From Nemertoderma westbladi (Eukaryota; Animalia; Xenacoelomorpha): a DNA stretch of 64,000 bases. How positions within the stretch are numbered: the first letter of the stretch is position 1; each line of letters begins with the position of its first letter. Below the pieces are notes generated by a model. It did no database searches. It saw nothing but the letters and a program-made list of their open reading frames with translations, and was not told the DNA's origin. The translations under genes and the position numbers were made by a program. Shown piece by piece: positions 13,109 through 25,122 of this stretch. The DNA lies in NCBI GenBank assembly GCA_032718475.1, contig JAUCBJ010001244.1, forward strand, positions 13,758 to 77,757, given 5' to 3'.

Positions 13109-14952
13109 GGATGTAGGTCAATTCGGTCCCGGACAATTCGGTCCCGGACAATTCGGTCCGGACAATTCGGTCCCAGACAATTCGGTCCCGGACAATTCGG
13201 TCCCAAAACACTAAATAAATGGGACCGAATTGTCCGGGACAGAATTGTCCAGGACCAAATTGTCCTAGGACCGAATTGTCCTAGGACCGAATTGTTCGGG
13301 ACCGAATTGTCCGGGACCGAATTGTCCAGTTCCTGATAGCAACTTTTTAGTGCTTTTTTGATATTGGTGAATGTTCTAGAAAATTAGTAGAGATATTTGT
13401 TATGGTAGCTAGTGTTATTTACTTGCTAGAACTTTTTGAAATTTTAAAAATACTGTATTTTTTTTTATTTTTGTTATTGGTAGTGTTCGAGAACATTATT
13501 ATATATTATTTATTAAGGTGTAGCTAGTGTTTTTTTTTTACTAGCTAGCATTTCCTTAAAATTATAAAAATACCTGTGAAAACATTGATATTTCAGAATT
13601 AGGCCTAAACTGTTGCTGATTATATTAATTACCAACAATATTGATATTGATGAATAAATATGAATGAGATCCAGCTATTATCTACAGTACAGGCCACCAG
13701 AAAACGCAGATTTGTACAATTGTGAACACATTTTATCAAATGTGTACCAGTGTAATGTAATGTTGTTGAACGGGACAATTGAATATAATTGAACATAATT
13801 GAATTGGCAACAACCAAAATTTTTTCGCCAAAGGATACAATTGAATACTTTTGAAACGCTTAGTACTCTGGAAACTCTCTGTAGTTTGCCGCGAACTGTC
13901 ACTCACTGCAGCTGGAAATGCGATAAGGATTTTGTTTACCTTTATAGTGTGCGGTTAATGGTGTCTAGTAGGCAGGCCTATAGTTAGTGATGTTAAGGCA
14001 TCTTCTGGTGTTACTCTGTGCCCTCTCGGTGTCAGACTAATGGCGCGACATCTCCCTGCACTGAATTAATTATTCAATGGTCTAGGCTCCTCCATCCATA
14101 TATCCATCGACTCCCATACACTCCATGATCCTCCATGTGGTCTTGTATGTAGTTCTCTCTCTACCAATACAGCCCATGTCCGCAATGTTACGCCCTGGGG
14201 GCTCTCTCATCTACCTGATATCAGACATACAGGCGCACCACACAATAAGCCTTTGTCGGTCCCAGCAAGTTAGCCAGCCTCCTGCTGTGTGATCTAGAAG
14301 ATAACTCGCCATAACCTGCCAATCAGGTTACTTGAACAAATGTGTTCACATGTGATCACATTGGATGAAATCTGCTTTTTCTGGTGGCCTGTACTGTAGG
14401 ATAATAATTTAGGCTTGTTATCCAACCAACAACACATACAGTATACTTACGCAATATATAAAAAAAAAATCAGTTTTAAAAATAACCATTTTAAATACAT
14501 ACTATTACTAGCTAGTAAATAATTAACAAGCTCCATAAAAACACCATAGCTACCATAAATAATAATGTTAACAAAAAAAGTAAATTTTTTTATTTAAAAA
14601 AAAAAAAAATACTAGCTAGCAAAAAAAAATACTAGCTACCATATAATAATATATATTAAGGTTCTAGAACATTCACCATTATATAGTACCAATTAAATTT
14701 GGTCCCGGACAAATTGGTCCCGGACAATTCGGTCCCGGATAATTCGGTCCCGGACAATTCGGTCCCGGACAATTCGGTCCCATTAATATGCATGTTTTGG
14801 GACCGAATTGTCCTAGTCAGTATCCGGACAATTCGGTCCCGGACAATTCGGTCCCAAAACATAAAATTAATGGGACCGAATTGTCCGGGACCGAATTGTC
14901 CGGGACCAAATTGTCTGGACCGAATTGTACGGGACCGAATTGTCCTGCTTCC
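13109..14952. mobile_element. Foldback-type DNA element with 15-bp ggacaattcggtccc arrays, GG..CC termini and 8-bp TSD (Merlin/MULE-like)
   Basis: CGATAAGG at 13101-13108 and 14953-14960; palindromic 15-mer arrays at 13119-13330 and 14695-14945; imperfect inverted arms 13360-13760 vs 14330-14680. Confidence 0.7.
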
Positions 14953-15669
14953 CGATAAGGCTATGTCCTTGTACCAAAAGACTACCCAGGAATGTACCCA
15001 GGCTGCCATAAGAGACAAAGTTCTTCTGTTGTTCTATAATTTTCTTCTGCTTTAGCAAAGAACTGGTTACTTGACAGGCAGAAGAAGCACAACCTGGCGT
15101 CTAATTATGGAACTGAGAATAAAGATTCCACTGACGTAGATCAAGGACTTGGGGGAACTCCTTGTCCGGGGGACATCAAGAGCTGCTACAACAGCCTTTC
15201 ATCGTGAACCACCTGTCCCTGAGGTAAATATCGCCCCAGCTGTACTCACAGAGGGCATTGGAGAATTACCAACGACACCACCACATCTTCACCAGGCTCA
15301 GAAAGACAGAGTATTCTAGTGGCAAGATTGATTCATGAAATTGATAGAATTTGGTTTGGGGCCAGATGTATCTTTAAAGGGAAGCGGCGGTGCCTAGTTT
15401 ACACCTGATATTTTACTGCCAAACATGAAGCACCAGATGGGCAAGTACATCGGAATATCGCTGTGGGGAACGAAGCCAGCAGTATTTGGTGTCCCTACGC
15501 AGATGACCTATCGATTCTCTCTCTTTATGAACATCAAAAGAGAGAGCGCATGTCACAGCGTAAGAAACGCTATAGCGAAAGAAATTTAAAAGGAATAGAT
15601 AATAACGATACCTGTACATAACTTTACAGTGTTTGATCCCATAACTTTACAGTGTTGTGGCTTAATTTA

Positions 15670-15907
15670 CACGCACTACCAATGTTCGTTCGGCCAAAGC
15701 CGGAGGCGACCAGAAGGCTCCTCTTTCGATAGCTGCTACCAAAGGGTAGGGGTGGGTGCTACTCCTATCCCAAGATTTGCTCCCAGTTACTTAACTGGTA
15801 CTCATTTCATCGACCCCAGTGGATGAAAGGCTGAGTGGACCATGGCGGGGCTGTACCTACAACCAATAGATTGCAGGCCCGGCGCTCAACCAACTGAGCT
15901 ACTCATC
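15670..15907 (-). mobile_element. tRNA-derived SINE
   Basis: - strand head gatgagTAGCTCAGTTGGttgagcg... (A box) with degenerate B box, then a body resembling widespread metazoan SINE cores (+ strand ggtactcatttcatcgacccc..gatgaaaggctgagtggacc). Confidence 0.7.
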
Positions 15908-17342
15908 GTATATAATTTAATATAATTACCATTTTACCGATGTCCAATTTTAACATATGTTCAATTTTACCGTATGTAAATAGTTTTTATTATATTACAA
16001 TATAATATAATATTCTGTAATTTATGAAGGACCTACGTTTTTTATAATAGTTTATCAATAGTTAATAATAGTTTATATCAAATAGTTTATAATAGTTAAT
16101 ATATATATTATTATAATAGTATAACAATTTATCATATTTCATTTTATGAAATATGATTTGTAACATCTCTATTTTCGATTTACACCTGTTTTTTGTTGTT
16201 TGCAATTAGATGGAATTCATATAAAATAATTTAGAAATTTCAAATTGTAAATTGATTGTTTGAATCCTTTTTTTTGCGCAGTAGGAGTTTTTTGGAACAT
16301 ACTTATATACAGTACTAATTTATTAATATTCATTAATATATTAAAGTTTAAGTGTTTCTGAGAATATTTGCATTAATCGAATAGTTCATATGATACGTTA
16401 AATTCCAATAGGAATATTTTTTTACTTGCTTTAAATTGGCGGATGTAAATGAAAAGCAGTTCGATTTTTCTTTATATTCTGTTATAATAATGTCATTTAA
16501 CTTCAATCCGTCATCAGCATTTGCCACAAAATTCCCAGTGAAATTCCATTAAAATTACAGCCTTCTATAAACAAAAATCACATAAAAATAAATCATAACA
16601 TTTCTTTTTTTAAATAACATTAAAGTTAAGTTTGCCTTACTCAAGGTTTCTATTAAATAATAAGTTAGCATTTTGGTACAATGGACAGGGAATATCTTAT
16701 ATGCCCATCTAATGCTACTCATAGGGTTCATTCAGATAGATATATAAGACATATAAGAACTTCCTGAACTAGAATTATAAGAACTAAAGAACTTCCCGAA
16801 CGAAAAAATAGTACAGTGTCCTTTTATAAAAGCGCATTGCTTCCCAGGAGAGGAAAGGGAACATTATATAAGATATTGTGAATACAGGAATAGGGACTTT
16901 CTTTTTGAGACAAGAAAGCGAAAGAAAAAGAAGTATAAATAGAAGAGCTACAATGGTCAGCGGCATTGGGAGAAGAAGTGTGGGATTAAACAATGTTTAG
17001 TTTGATTTAGGGCTGATTGATTGATGTCTAGTGTGCAAGTTTTGGTATTGTATTTATATTGTAGTGCGAGCAACAGAACCAAAATAACTGTTAACTGTAG
17101 GGGAGATATATAATAATGCCCTGTTAGTATGTAAAGTTGTGCATGCATGTATGAACTAGAATAATTCGAACTGACATTTAATATATCATCACATAAATCC
17201 CTTATGACATAGACACTAACTTAGAAGCATGAAAACCACATATGTAGTGTATTAATATCCTGAAGACATTAGTTCAATGTTATTATCTTTTCCTACTCTG
17301 TTCTGAATAATATTTGTATTATGTCTACCATTAGAGGTTTTT

Positions 17343-17880
17343 GTGTTGTTTTTTTGCCCGAAATCTTGTAACTTAAGTACAATAGATCCAATATATTTAT
17401 ACCAGCGTGTTATTTCTAGAACTGATAAATTTACATATTTGGGTCATATTATACACGAATCACGTGATGATGATCTTGACATTAAGAAACAAATAGGTAG
17501 TATGTACGCCCGTACAAATACGTTGTTTAGAAAATTTAGTACCTGTACCGTTGCAGTGAAAGTTCGTTTATTTCTAGCGTTTATAACTCCACTATATTGT
17601 AATGCTCTATGGTCACGTAGGAACTATTCATCTGTTGTCTATAATCGGTTAAGGGTAGCATACAATAATGCAGCAAGAAAGCTATTTTTCATCTCTGTAG
17701 GTTCTAGTATGTCATATTTCTCTGGTTGCAATAATATTCCGTGCTTCATTCATTTACATTTCAAATCAATTCAATCAATTTCGTAGGATAAAATGCTCCA
17801 GTAATTATATTGTAAATGCTGTATATCTTTACACCGCGTTGCATAGTTCTAGAATTTTTGAAATGTGCAATTCCGAAAAT
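17343..17880 (+). pseudogene. L2/CR1-group LINE RT C-terminal fragment
   Basis: FTYLGHII...DDDLDIKKQIGSMYARTNTLFRKF...VKVRLFLAF..PLYCNALW...LRVAYNNAARKL. Confidence 0.8.
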
Positions 17881-18142
17881 CTGTTAATTTAGCGAATTAT
17901 TAGTATTACTAAGTACATACATACATAATCAATTGCATACTTAATTATTGTAGGTAGACGATATGGGCTGATTGTGCGATTATAATATAATATTATATTT
18001 TCCATATGTTGCCTGCGGTAAATAAATAAATAAATAAATAAATAAATTAGAGCCATTATAGAATAGACAATGTAGTTAGTGATGCATGCCAGAGATTGTG
18101 TAGGTAATAACATTATATAAAGGCAAGATAGAAAAAGGTAGG

Positions 18143-19020
18143 AGTAGTAGGGTCTTGGCCGGCTCTGCGACAGTTGGACCCCACTGACACCCATTGGGTG
18201 TCATATGACACCCAATTATCACCCTATGGGTGTCATTGGGTGTCATTGGCGCCAGACTGTCTGGGTGACACCTCTCAATTAGGCTAATTAGACCCTAATT
18301 GACAGGTGTCATCAATTAATTAGTACAATTAAACCCTAACAGGTGTCATATGACTCCTAATTAGGGTTTAATTGATTATCCTAATTAATCAGACTGATTA
18401 GCGCCCTGACACACAATGGGTCGTCAGTGTTGTCCAACTGTCGCAGAGCCGGCTCAAGAGGGTGTCATAAGTGACACCGCAGCTCTTTTATTCATTAATA
18501 CTTATTTATATTTAATTTTAATTATTTGCATTTTATTTTATTCGTATTTAATTCTAAATTAATTATTCATTTGTACTTTATGGGTATACAGCTCCCTTAC
18601 TGGTAACTAATTACTCCAGACAGCTTTATCGTTGACCTTCGACCCCCCAATTAGCTTTAACCAAGCAACAGCATATTAATGATAGTTGTATCCAAGCGCC
18701 CCTGCCCCCCACCCCGTGACAGCTCTGATTACTAATTACTCTTACATATATCCAACCGCCTGCAGTTCCATAGTCTGCCGCTAGAGGGCGTATTATCTGA
18801 AAATTAACATCTTCTCTAACTTTGTTATTTTCAATTTAACTATTTATTTGTACCTAATTTTAATTAATTATTTGTATTCTATTTGACTTTATTTATTCAT
18901 TTGTACTTTATTTTAAATTAATTAATTGTATTACTTTTATTTTATATATTGATTTCTATTTTTAGATTAATTTGGTTTTATATTACCAATGAGATCACTA
19001 TGACATAATGTCTATTTTTA
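18143..19020 (+). repeat. Left TIR (~880 bp)
   Basis: Reverse complement of 31436-32339 apart from a few short indels. Confidence 0.95.
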
Positions 19021-19504
19021 ACTTTATAATGGCTATGGTATACGGCTCCCTACTGGCAACTATCAACTACGTTCATCGGCGGGGGGCCCCTCCTCTGCCA
19101 TCGCTTTTCATTAGTAGATACAACAGGCAGTGAATCTATACGTATACCCCCCCAGGCAATTATAAATGAGTGGTCCCATCTGTTAGCAGCCCCTTTGTCT
19201 TCATTATTCAATGGCGCCAGGCGGCCTTGACTACAGCAAATCCCTATGTCGCCCAAGGCTAATGCTCAAGCGGCCCTCCATTGTTCTCGGCATAGCCGGC
19301 GTCGCTTTGCCCCTTTCCTATATCCAGGCAGCCCCTATCATAACAATGAAGCGCCACTAATCACGCATTCCTCTCTACTAATCCCTTTCCTTTGCACCAG
19401 ACCTGCTTCTGTTATACAGCCAACTCAACATAATTAGTCAAGATGCCTACGGGGTTTCTAATATAGAATCAACAGGAGAAGTTGCCTTGGTAACCGCTTT
19501 TGCG

Positions 19505-19605
19505 CGAACAGCCAATCAGCGGGCTTCATTTCTGCTGCTGCGCTCTGATTGGCCCATTTAAGAGACAAGGGCCTCCCTTACTAACCGAATTGCTATTTAA
19601 TACGT
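19505..19605 (+). promoter_or_regulatory. Putative Pol II promoter of the pPolB transcription unit
   Basis: CCAAT (~19512), inverted ATTGG (~19548) and TATTTAA (~19594) just inside the left TIR. Confidence 0.45.
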
Positions 19606-19712
19606 CCCCACTAATATATTAGGTCATTATTTCAATTGCAATTTACAATTAACATCATTTACCATTATTTTGTTTTCGAATTTAATATTATTTATTTAAG
19701 AATATTTATTTG

Positions 19713-20530
19713 TCATTTCGCCGCGTTATCACTCATCGTCGACAACAAACTTTCCGCGTATCCGCCGCGTAATATTTCAATATTTCTAATTTCCGATACC
19801 ATTCCGTTCTATCGGTTGATAAACTCTCTCCTCGTCCACGTCAACCAACTTCCTCATCGCCACCGAACTTCCAAACTTCTTCTTTCCGTGAATATCTACT
19901 AACACCGTAAGTAAAATCTGCCTTCCATCTAGCTATACTTTCGACGCCGCTAGCAAACAATTTACATTTAATGTCTACCGATACAACAGTATTGCAGTAG
20001 GCTCATTATTAATTACTGTCAGACTGCGGTGGTACCGATAGCCTAAACCGTGATCGAAGCATTCGATCAATAGGCTTACATCCGCCTATCTGCTTACAGT
20101 ATTTTTTATCTTTTTACAAATAATCATCTTATTTTTCTAGTATCATTTCGCCGCGCTATCGCTCATCGTCGACAACAAACTTTCCACATATCCGCCGCGT
20201 AATATTCCATTATTTCTAATTTCCGTTACCATTCCGTTCTATCGATTAATAAATTCTCTCGTCGTCCACGTCAACCAACTTCCTCACGAACATCCAAACT
20301 TCTTCTTTCCGTGAATATTTACTAACACCGTAAGTAAAATCTGCCTTCCCTTCCACCATCTGACGGTACTATCGATGCCGCTAGCAAACAATTTACATTT
20401 AATGTCTACCGGTACAACAGTATTGCAGTAGGCTCATTATTAATTACTGTCAGACTGCGGTGATACCGATAGCCTAAACCGTGATCGAAGCATTCGATCA
20501 ATAGGCCTACATCTGTCTATCTGCCTGTCT
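19713..20530 (+). repeat. ~430-bp direct duplication, probably duplicated 5'UTR exon/intron units
   Basis: tcatttcgccgcg...caccGTAAGT...cattcgatcaatagg occurs at 19713 and 20143; pyrimidine-TAG acceptors at 20140 and 21045. Confidence 0.75.
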
Positions 20531-21052
20531 ACCTGACTATCGGTACCGCATCATTCGAGTTAGCCTAATGCCACTGTAGTAACGATATAGACCCTATTGA
20601 ACAACAATGAATACTGCAGTTTTCATTATATATCCTACTGACTAACTGAGATCTCACACAGCGATTAGCTAAGCCTATCGTTGATTTCTATTGGTTAACG
20701 CTACCGGTACGTCTGACTTGTAGCAGACTATATCACTAGCACTACTGCACTGACTGACTGCTGTTTATAGACCCTCTTTCCACGAATAATAACTGCCATC
20801 GCTATTGTGTCTTGGTTATCGCCACTATCTGACCGCTGGTACACTAACACTACTGCACTAGGCACTACCGACGGCGACGGTCTGCTTTATGTTTCACTGT
20901 CTGATTGCTACAATACAGCAATAGGCCTAACTATACAAACACAGTATTGTTGCCTAGTAACCAATTAATACCTACTGTTTTACTTTATTTTTAGCAAGTA
21001 TACAGTATTTTTTATTTTTTACAAATAATCAACCTATTTTTCTAGATTCAAG

Positions 21053-24000
21053 ATGCCAAGATCAACAAATAAAGTCAGCTGCCCCATCTGCGACAAAGAG
21101 ACACGGAGTGATCATTTATCTCGCCACATTAAAACTCATTTCGTGCAATATAGGTGCGACTGCTGTCCGACTTGGTCTTCGGAAAAGAAGACGCTGGTTG
21201 GCCATCTTGTTTCGTGTCCTCAGGGGGGAACAGGATTTAGTTACGTAAACGAGCCAGCCGATTGCCGCTGCGGGGATTCGCTCAGCCTGTCATCCTTTTC
21301 TGAGCATGAATGCTACACTCGACTTTTTTCGCGGAAACGCAAAACTCCGACTACCTCCCACTCATCCCCCATCAACTCTACTCCAGAACAAGTCGGCGGC
21401 GGCGGCTCCAATAACGAACCTTCAACTTCGCGAGATTCTATTTCCCCAAACAATCCATTTCAACCACCCTCCAACGGAAGCGCACATGGACGACTGTTTA
21501 CCTATAACAACGACCTCGCAGAAACAAGACTCGACGCAGAATTAACATTAAACGAAAATTTTCCACACATTCAAGAACATGTTAGTAGCCATTTACGTAG
21601 TGCCATGGGAACTTTTTTAAGAGTCTGGCTTACAATCAACATCGTAATGGAGCGTGAAACCAGCGAGGGTTTTCAAATTGAATCCTTCTGTTTTAAATCT
21701 AGCGGTAACAATAATCAAATTCTGAATAATAGCGACTTTAATAACTGGTTTTCCGGCGCCGTCAATCGTATCGATCAACTGTTAAGTGTGTTTCTCTGCC
21801 TCGGCTCAGGTTGGCGCATAATAGCCATCGAGCGAATAACTATTGAGATTGCGCGTTCCCAACGCAACCCCTATTTAAAGGGTCAAGGCTTCAATAATTC
21901 TAAATTATTATTAAATAAAAAATGTACCGTAAGCGTAGACTGCCCGCTGGGGGAATGCTTTAAATACGCAGTATTGGCCGCCGCAAATTATAAGAAAATT
22001 GATAGAAAACAAAATAATATTAGTAGAATTTCAACGTTTACTCCTTTCCTAAACATGTTTGATTTTTCGAATTTAAGTTTTCCGGTGGACAGAGTAACTG
22101 GTATTCCCCAGTTTCTGAAAGCCAACCCTAAATACTGCATAAACCTTCTTTATTGGAGTAATACGGAAGAACTCTCCATTCTAAGTCAACCAGATAGCGC
22201 GCACTGTTCCGGTAAAACTGTACTAAACTTATTATTTATCGAAGCCACAAGCAAAAACCCCGCCCACTACGTAGCCATTACTAACATAGATAGATTAATA
22301 AATACAAAAGCTACTTCTACCGGCAACAAGACGCACTGCGAACGCTGTCTCAGAGCCTTTTACACTGTCAAATCATTGGAAGAACATCGAGAGCGTTGCT
22401 ATACGGGTAAACGCCAACTCGAGTATATGCCCGAAAATCTCTTGGTTAAATTTGATAGGTACGATAAGACTCTATCCCCGCCTTTCTGTATATACGCCGA
22501 CATTGAAACTATTCTAGAACCTACAAACAATATTAAACTCCCACAGAAACATATAGCTAGCGCGGCAGCCTTTTATACAGTACCAAATCAGAAATTAATT
22601 AACCCTCCTAAAACAGATGTTCAAATTTTCCGCGACGATGGCAGTAACCACGTAATGCGCGACTTTCTAACCGCTATGGAAAGTCATTGTAGGGAGTTAT
22701 ACGATTGGTCCATTTCTAGTACAAACACACACGCCCCCATGCAACTCACTACTAGCCAGCAAACTGACTTTAATAACGCTACACAATGCTACGTCTGCAA
22801 CTGTAATTTAACCCCCGATTCGCATAATTTAAACCTCAATGACAATCTCAGCACCAAAGTCCGCGATCATGATCATTATAGCGGGGAGTATCGAGGGGCT
22901 GCTTGCGTCAGCTGCAACAGGAAACTTTCCCTAAAACGGAATAATTTTTATATTATATTTCATAACTTGAGGAAATTCGATATGCATTTACTACTAAAAG
23001 AAGGAATGACCGATAGTTCTAGAACACACTGGAAAATGTCCGTAATACCAAAAAACACCGAAACTTATATTCACCTTAAAGTTAGCTTCCCAATCGATCC
23101 GAGTACACCAACAGCCAACGCTAAAGAAAGTATCTCCATTAATTTTCTAGATTCCTATCAGTTTATGACTGCCAGCCTAGATAATCTTAGTAGCTATCTC
23201 ACTAAAAATAACAGTAACCTAGCAACAGCCATACCCCATACACTAGCTCAAATGACCCAACTCTATCCCAACATTAGCGATAACACAATAAAAAACAAGG
23301 GCGTATTCCCATATTCCTACATTCAAAATATTTCAAACCTATACGAAACTACACTCCCCCCATTAGAAAGCTTCTATAATGATCTCAAATTGGAACAATG
23401 TAGCGCAGAAAACTATCAGCGCGCGCTTACTACTTGGGATGAATTAAACTGTCTAACAATCTTCGACTATATGATTGGCTATTTGGTTCTAGATGTTACC
23501 CTATTGGCTGATACTTTCGAGCAGTTCCGATCCCTCTGTCTTACTAATTATGGACTCGAGCCCGTAATGTACTTCACTGCCCCTGGATTAACTTACGACG
23601 CAGCGCTGAAATTCACGCAATCAGAAATTCAATTACTATCAGACGCTTCCATCTACTCGGACTTTGAAACAAATATTAGGGGTGGTCTAGTATTCTTGAA
23701 TACACATTCCGTAGACGCAAATATCCCCGATAAACCCGACTATGACTCCAGTCTCCCCGAGAAATATCTAATTCCCATCGATGCGAATAACCTTTACGGC
23801 TGCGCCCTGAGCCAGAAACTTCCCCACGCTAATATTAAACTCGTAACTACCCCCATAGACCTAGCTACAGTAGACGCGAGTGGGGATACTGGTTATTATT
23901 GCATAGTTGATCTACATTACCCGAAAGAAATTCATGATTTGACCGCCGATCTGCCTCTAGGAGCGGAGAAGATGTCAGTCCCTAAATCCTTTCTTAGCGA

Positions 24001-25108
24001 ATACATGGAAGATCTTTGGGAGCATTACAATCTCACCGATACGGCTAGCTGTAGACCATACAACGATACCTGTACTAAGCTACTACTACATCAGTTTAAT
24101 AAGGTTGAATACGGTATCCATATTAAGCTACTTCAACTCTATTTGAAGCTCGGTCTTAAACTTACACAAGTACATAGGGTCTACTCTTTCTCACAAAAAT
24201 ATATTTTCAAGGACTACATTAGTTTTAATACAAATAAAAGACAGTCGGCAAATAACCCATTCGAGGTCCTATTTTATAAGTTGATGAACAATGCCTTGTA
24301 TGGGAAATGCCTCCAAAAGGTTAGAGACCGCGTTTCTTTCAGGTTATGCAATAGCGACGAACAATGCGATTTGCTCTTAGCCAAGCCCAATCACGAATCG
24401 TTTGTTGTATTTACCCCCAACTTGAGTGGTCATACTTTCACTAAAGAGGCTGTTTGCCTAAATCAGGGCGTGTTCATCGGTTGCACTATACTAGATCTAT
24501 CTAAGCTACAGATGTACGACCTATTTTACAACAAACTGAAGCCTCTAGAACAAAAACTGGATTGCCAGATTCGCTGTCTAGCCGGTGACACGGATTCTCT
24601 AATGCTAAGCGTAACTAATACACCACAGCTAACCTTTCTACGGGCAATGTTTGAGGGTGGTTTCCTAGATACTTCCAACTACAGTACAACACATCCACTC
24701 TATACCATTAAACACAAAGCGGCTCTCGGCTTCGTAAAAGATGAGAGCTGCGGTTTGCAGTATAAACAGTGGGTTTTCCTTAAACCAAAGGTCTACAGTT
24801 TTCACTCCTATGATGCCCCAATCAAGAAAACCGCCAAAGGTGTATCTAGATCGGTTGTCGCTAAGCAACTAACACACGAGGATTATGCAGACTGTTTTGT
24901 AAACGAGGCAATGCTCTTCCGCTATAACTCTACCTTCACTTCTAGAAAGCATCAAATTTTTACTGGTCATGTCTATAAGAAGGCACTAACGCTCTGGGAT
25001 ACGAAATCATATTGGAGTAGTAAATATAGCAGCAAACCATATGGACACTATAGCACTAAGCTTGTTAGACCGGCGAAACGAGTAGTAATCCCCCCTACTA
25101 GAATTTAA
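21053..25108 (+). CDS. polB: Protein-primed family-B DNA polymerase (Polinton type) with N-terminal zinc finger, putative terminal-protein/vOTU region and EndoVII-like insertion
   Basis: Intact 1351 aa. ExoI YADIET, ExoII FHNLRKFD, ExoIII YLVLDVTLLAD; Pol A IDANNLYG, B KLMNNALYGK, C AGDTDS; KTAKGV; ECFKYAVLAA...HYVAI; DHDHYSGEYRGAACVSCN; CPICDK..HLSRHIKTH. Confidence 0.97.
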   Translation: MPRSTNKVSCPICDKETRSDHLSRHIKTHFVQYRCDCCPTWSSEKKTLVGHLVSCPQGGTGFSYVNEPADCRCGDSLSLSSFSEHECYTRLFSRKRKTPTTSHSSPINSTPEQVGGGGSNNEPSTSRDSISPNNPFQPPSNGSAHGRLFTYNNDLAETRLDAELTLNENFPHIQEHVSSHLRSAMGTFLRVWLTINIVMERETSEGFQIESFCFKSSGNNNQILNNSDFNNWFSGAVNRIDQLLSVFLCLGSGWRIIAIERITIEIARSQRNPYLKGQGFNNSKLLLNKKCTVSVDCPLGECFKYAVLAAANYKKIDRKQNNISRISTFTPFLNMFDFSNLSFPVDRVTGIPQFLKANPKYCINLLYWSNTEELSILSQPDSAHCSGKTVLNLLFIEATSKNPAHYVAITNIDRLINTKATSTGNKTHCERCLRAFYTVKSLEEHRERCYTGKRQLEYMPENLLVKFDRYDKTLSPPFCIYADIETILEPTNNIKLPQKHIASAAAFYTVPNQKLINPPKTDVQIFRDDGSNHVMRDFLTAMESHCRELYDWSISSTNTHAPMQLTTSQQTDFNNATQCYVCNCNLTPDSHNLNLNDNLSTKVRDHDHYSGEYRGAACVSCNRKLSLKRNNFYIIFHNLRKFDMHLLLKEGMTDSSRTHWKMSVIPKNTETYIHLKVSFPIDPSTPTANAKESISINFLDSYQFMTASLDNLSSYLTKNNSNLATAIPHTLAQMTQLYPNISDNTIKNKGVFPYSYIQNISNLYETTLPPLESFYNDLKLEQCSAENYQRALTTWDELNCLTIFDYMIGYLVLDVTLLADTFEQFRSLCLTNYGLEPVMYFTAPGLTYDAALKFTQSEIQLLSDASIYSDFETNIRGGLVFLNTHSVDANIPDKPDYDSSLPEKYLIPIDANNLYGCALSQKLPHANIKLVTTPIDLATVDASGDTGYYCIVDLHYPKEIHDLTADLPLGAEKMSVPKSFLSEYMEDLWEHYNLTDTASCRPYNDTCTKLLLHQFNKVEYGIHIKLLQLYLKLGLKLTQVHRVYSFSQKYIFKDYISFNTNKRQSANNPFEVLFYKLMNNALYGKCLQKVRDRVSFRLCNSDEQCDLLLAKPNHESFVVFTPNLSGHTFTKEAVCLNQGVFIGCTILDLSKLQMYDLFYNKLKPLEQKLDCQIRCLAGDTDSLMLSVTNTPQLTFLRAMFEGGFLDTSNYSTTHPLYTIKHKAALGFVKDESCGLQYKQWVFLKPKVYSFHSYDAPIKKTAKGVSRSVVAKQLTHEDYADCFVNEAMLFRYNSTFTSRKHQIFTGHVYKKALTLWDTKSYWSSKYSSKPYGHYSTKLVRPAKRVVIPPTRI

Positions 25109-25122
25109 TTTTATTTTTCTAG

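Noticed and set aside
13119-15058. ORFs 14656-15018, 14699-15055 and CRISPR-like 15-mers
   Set aside because: ORFs result from in-frame 15-bp repeats without unique spacers
15840-15907. Functional tRNA gene
   Set aside because: Degenerate T-arm/B box, fused to a SINE body
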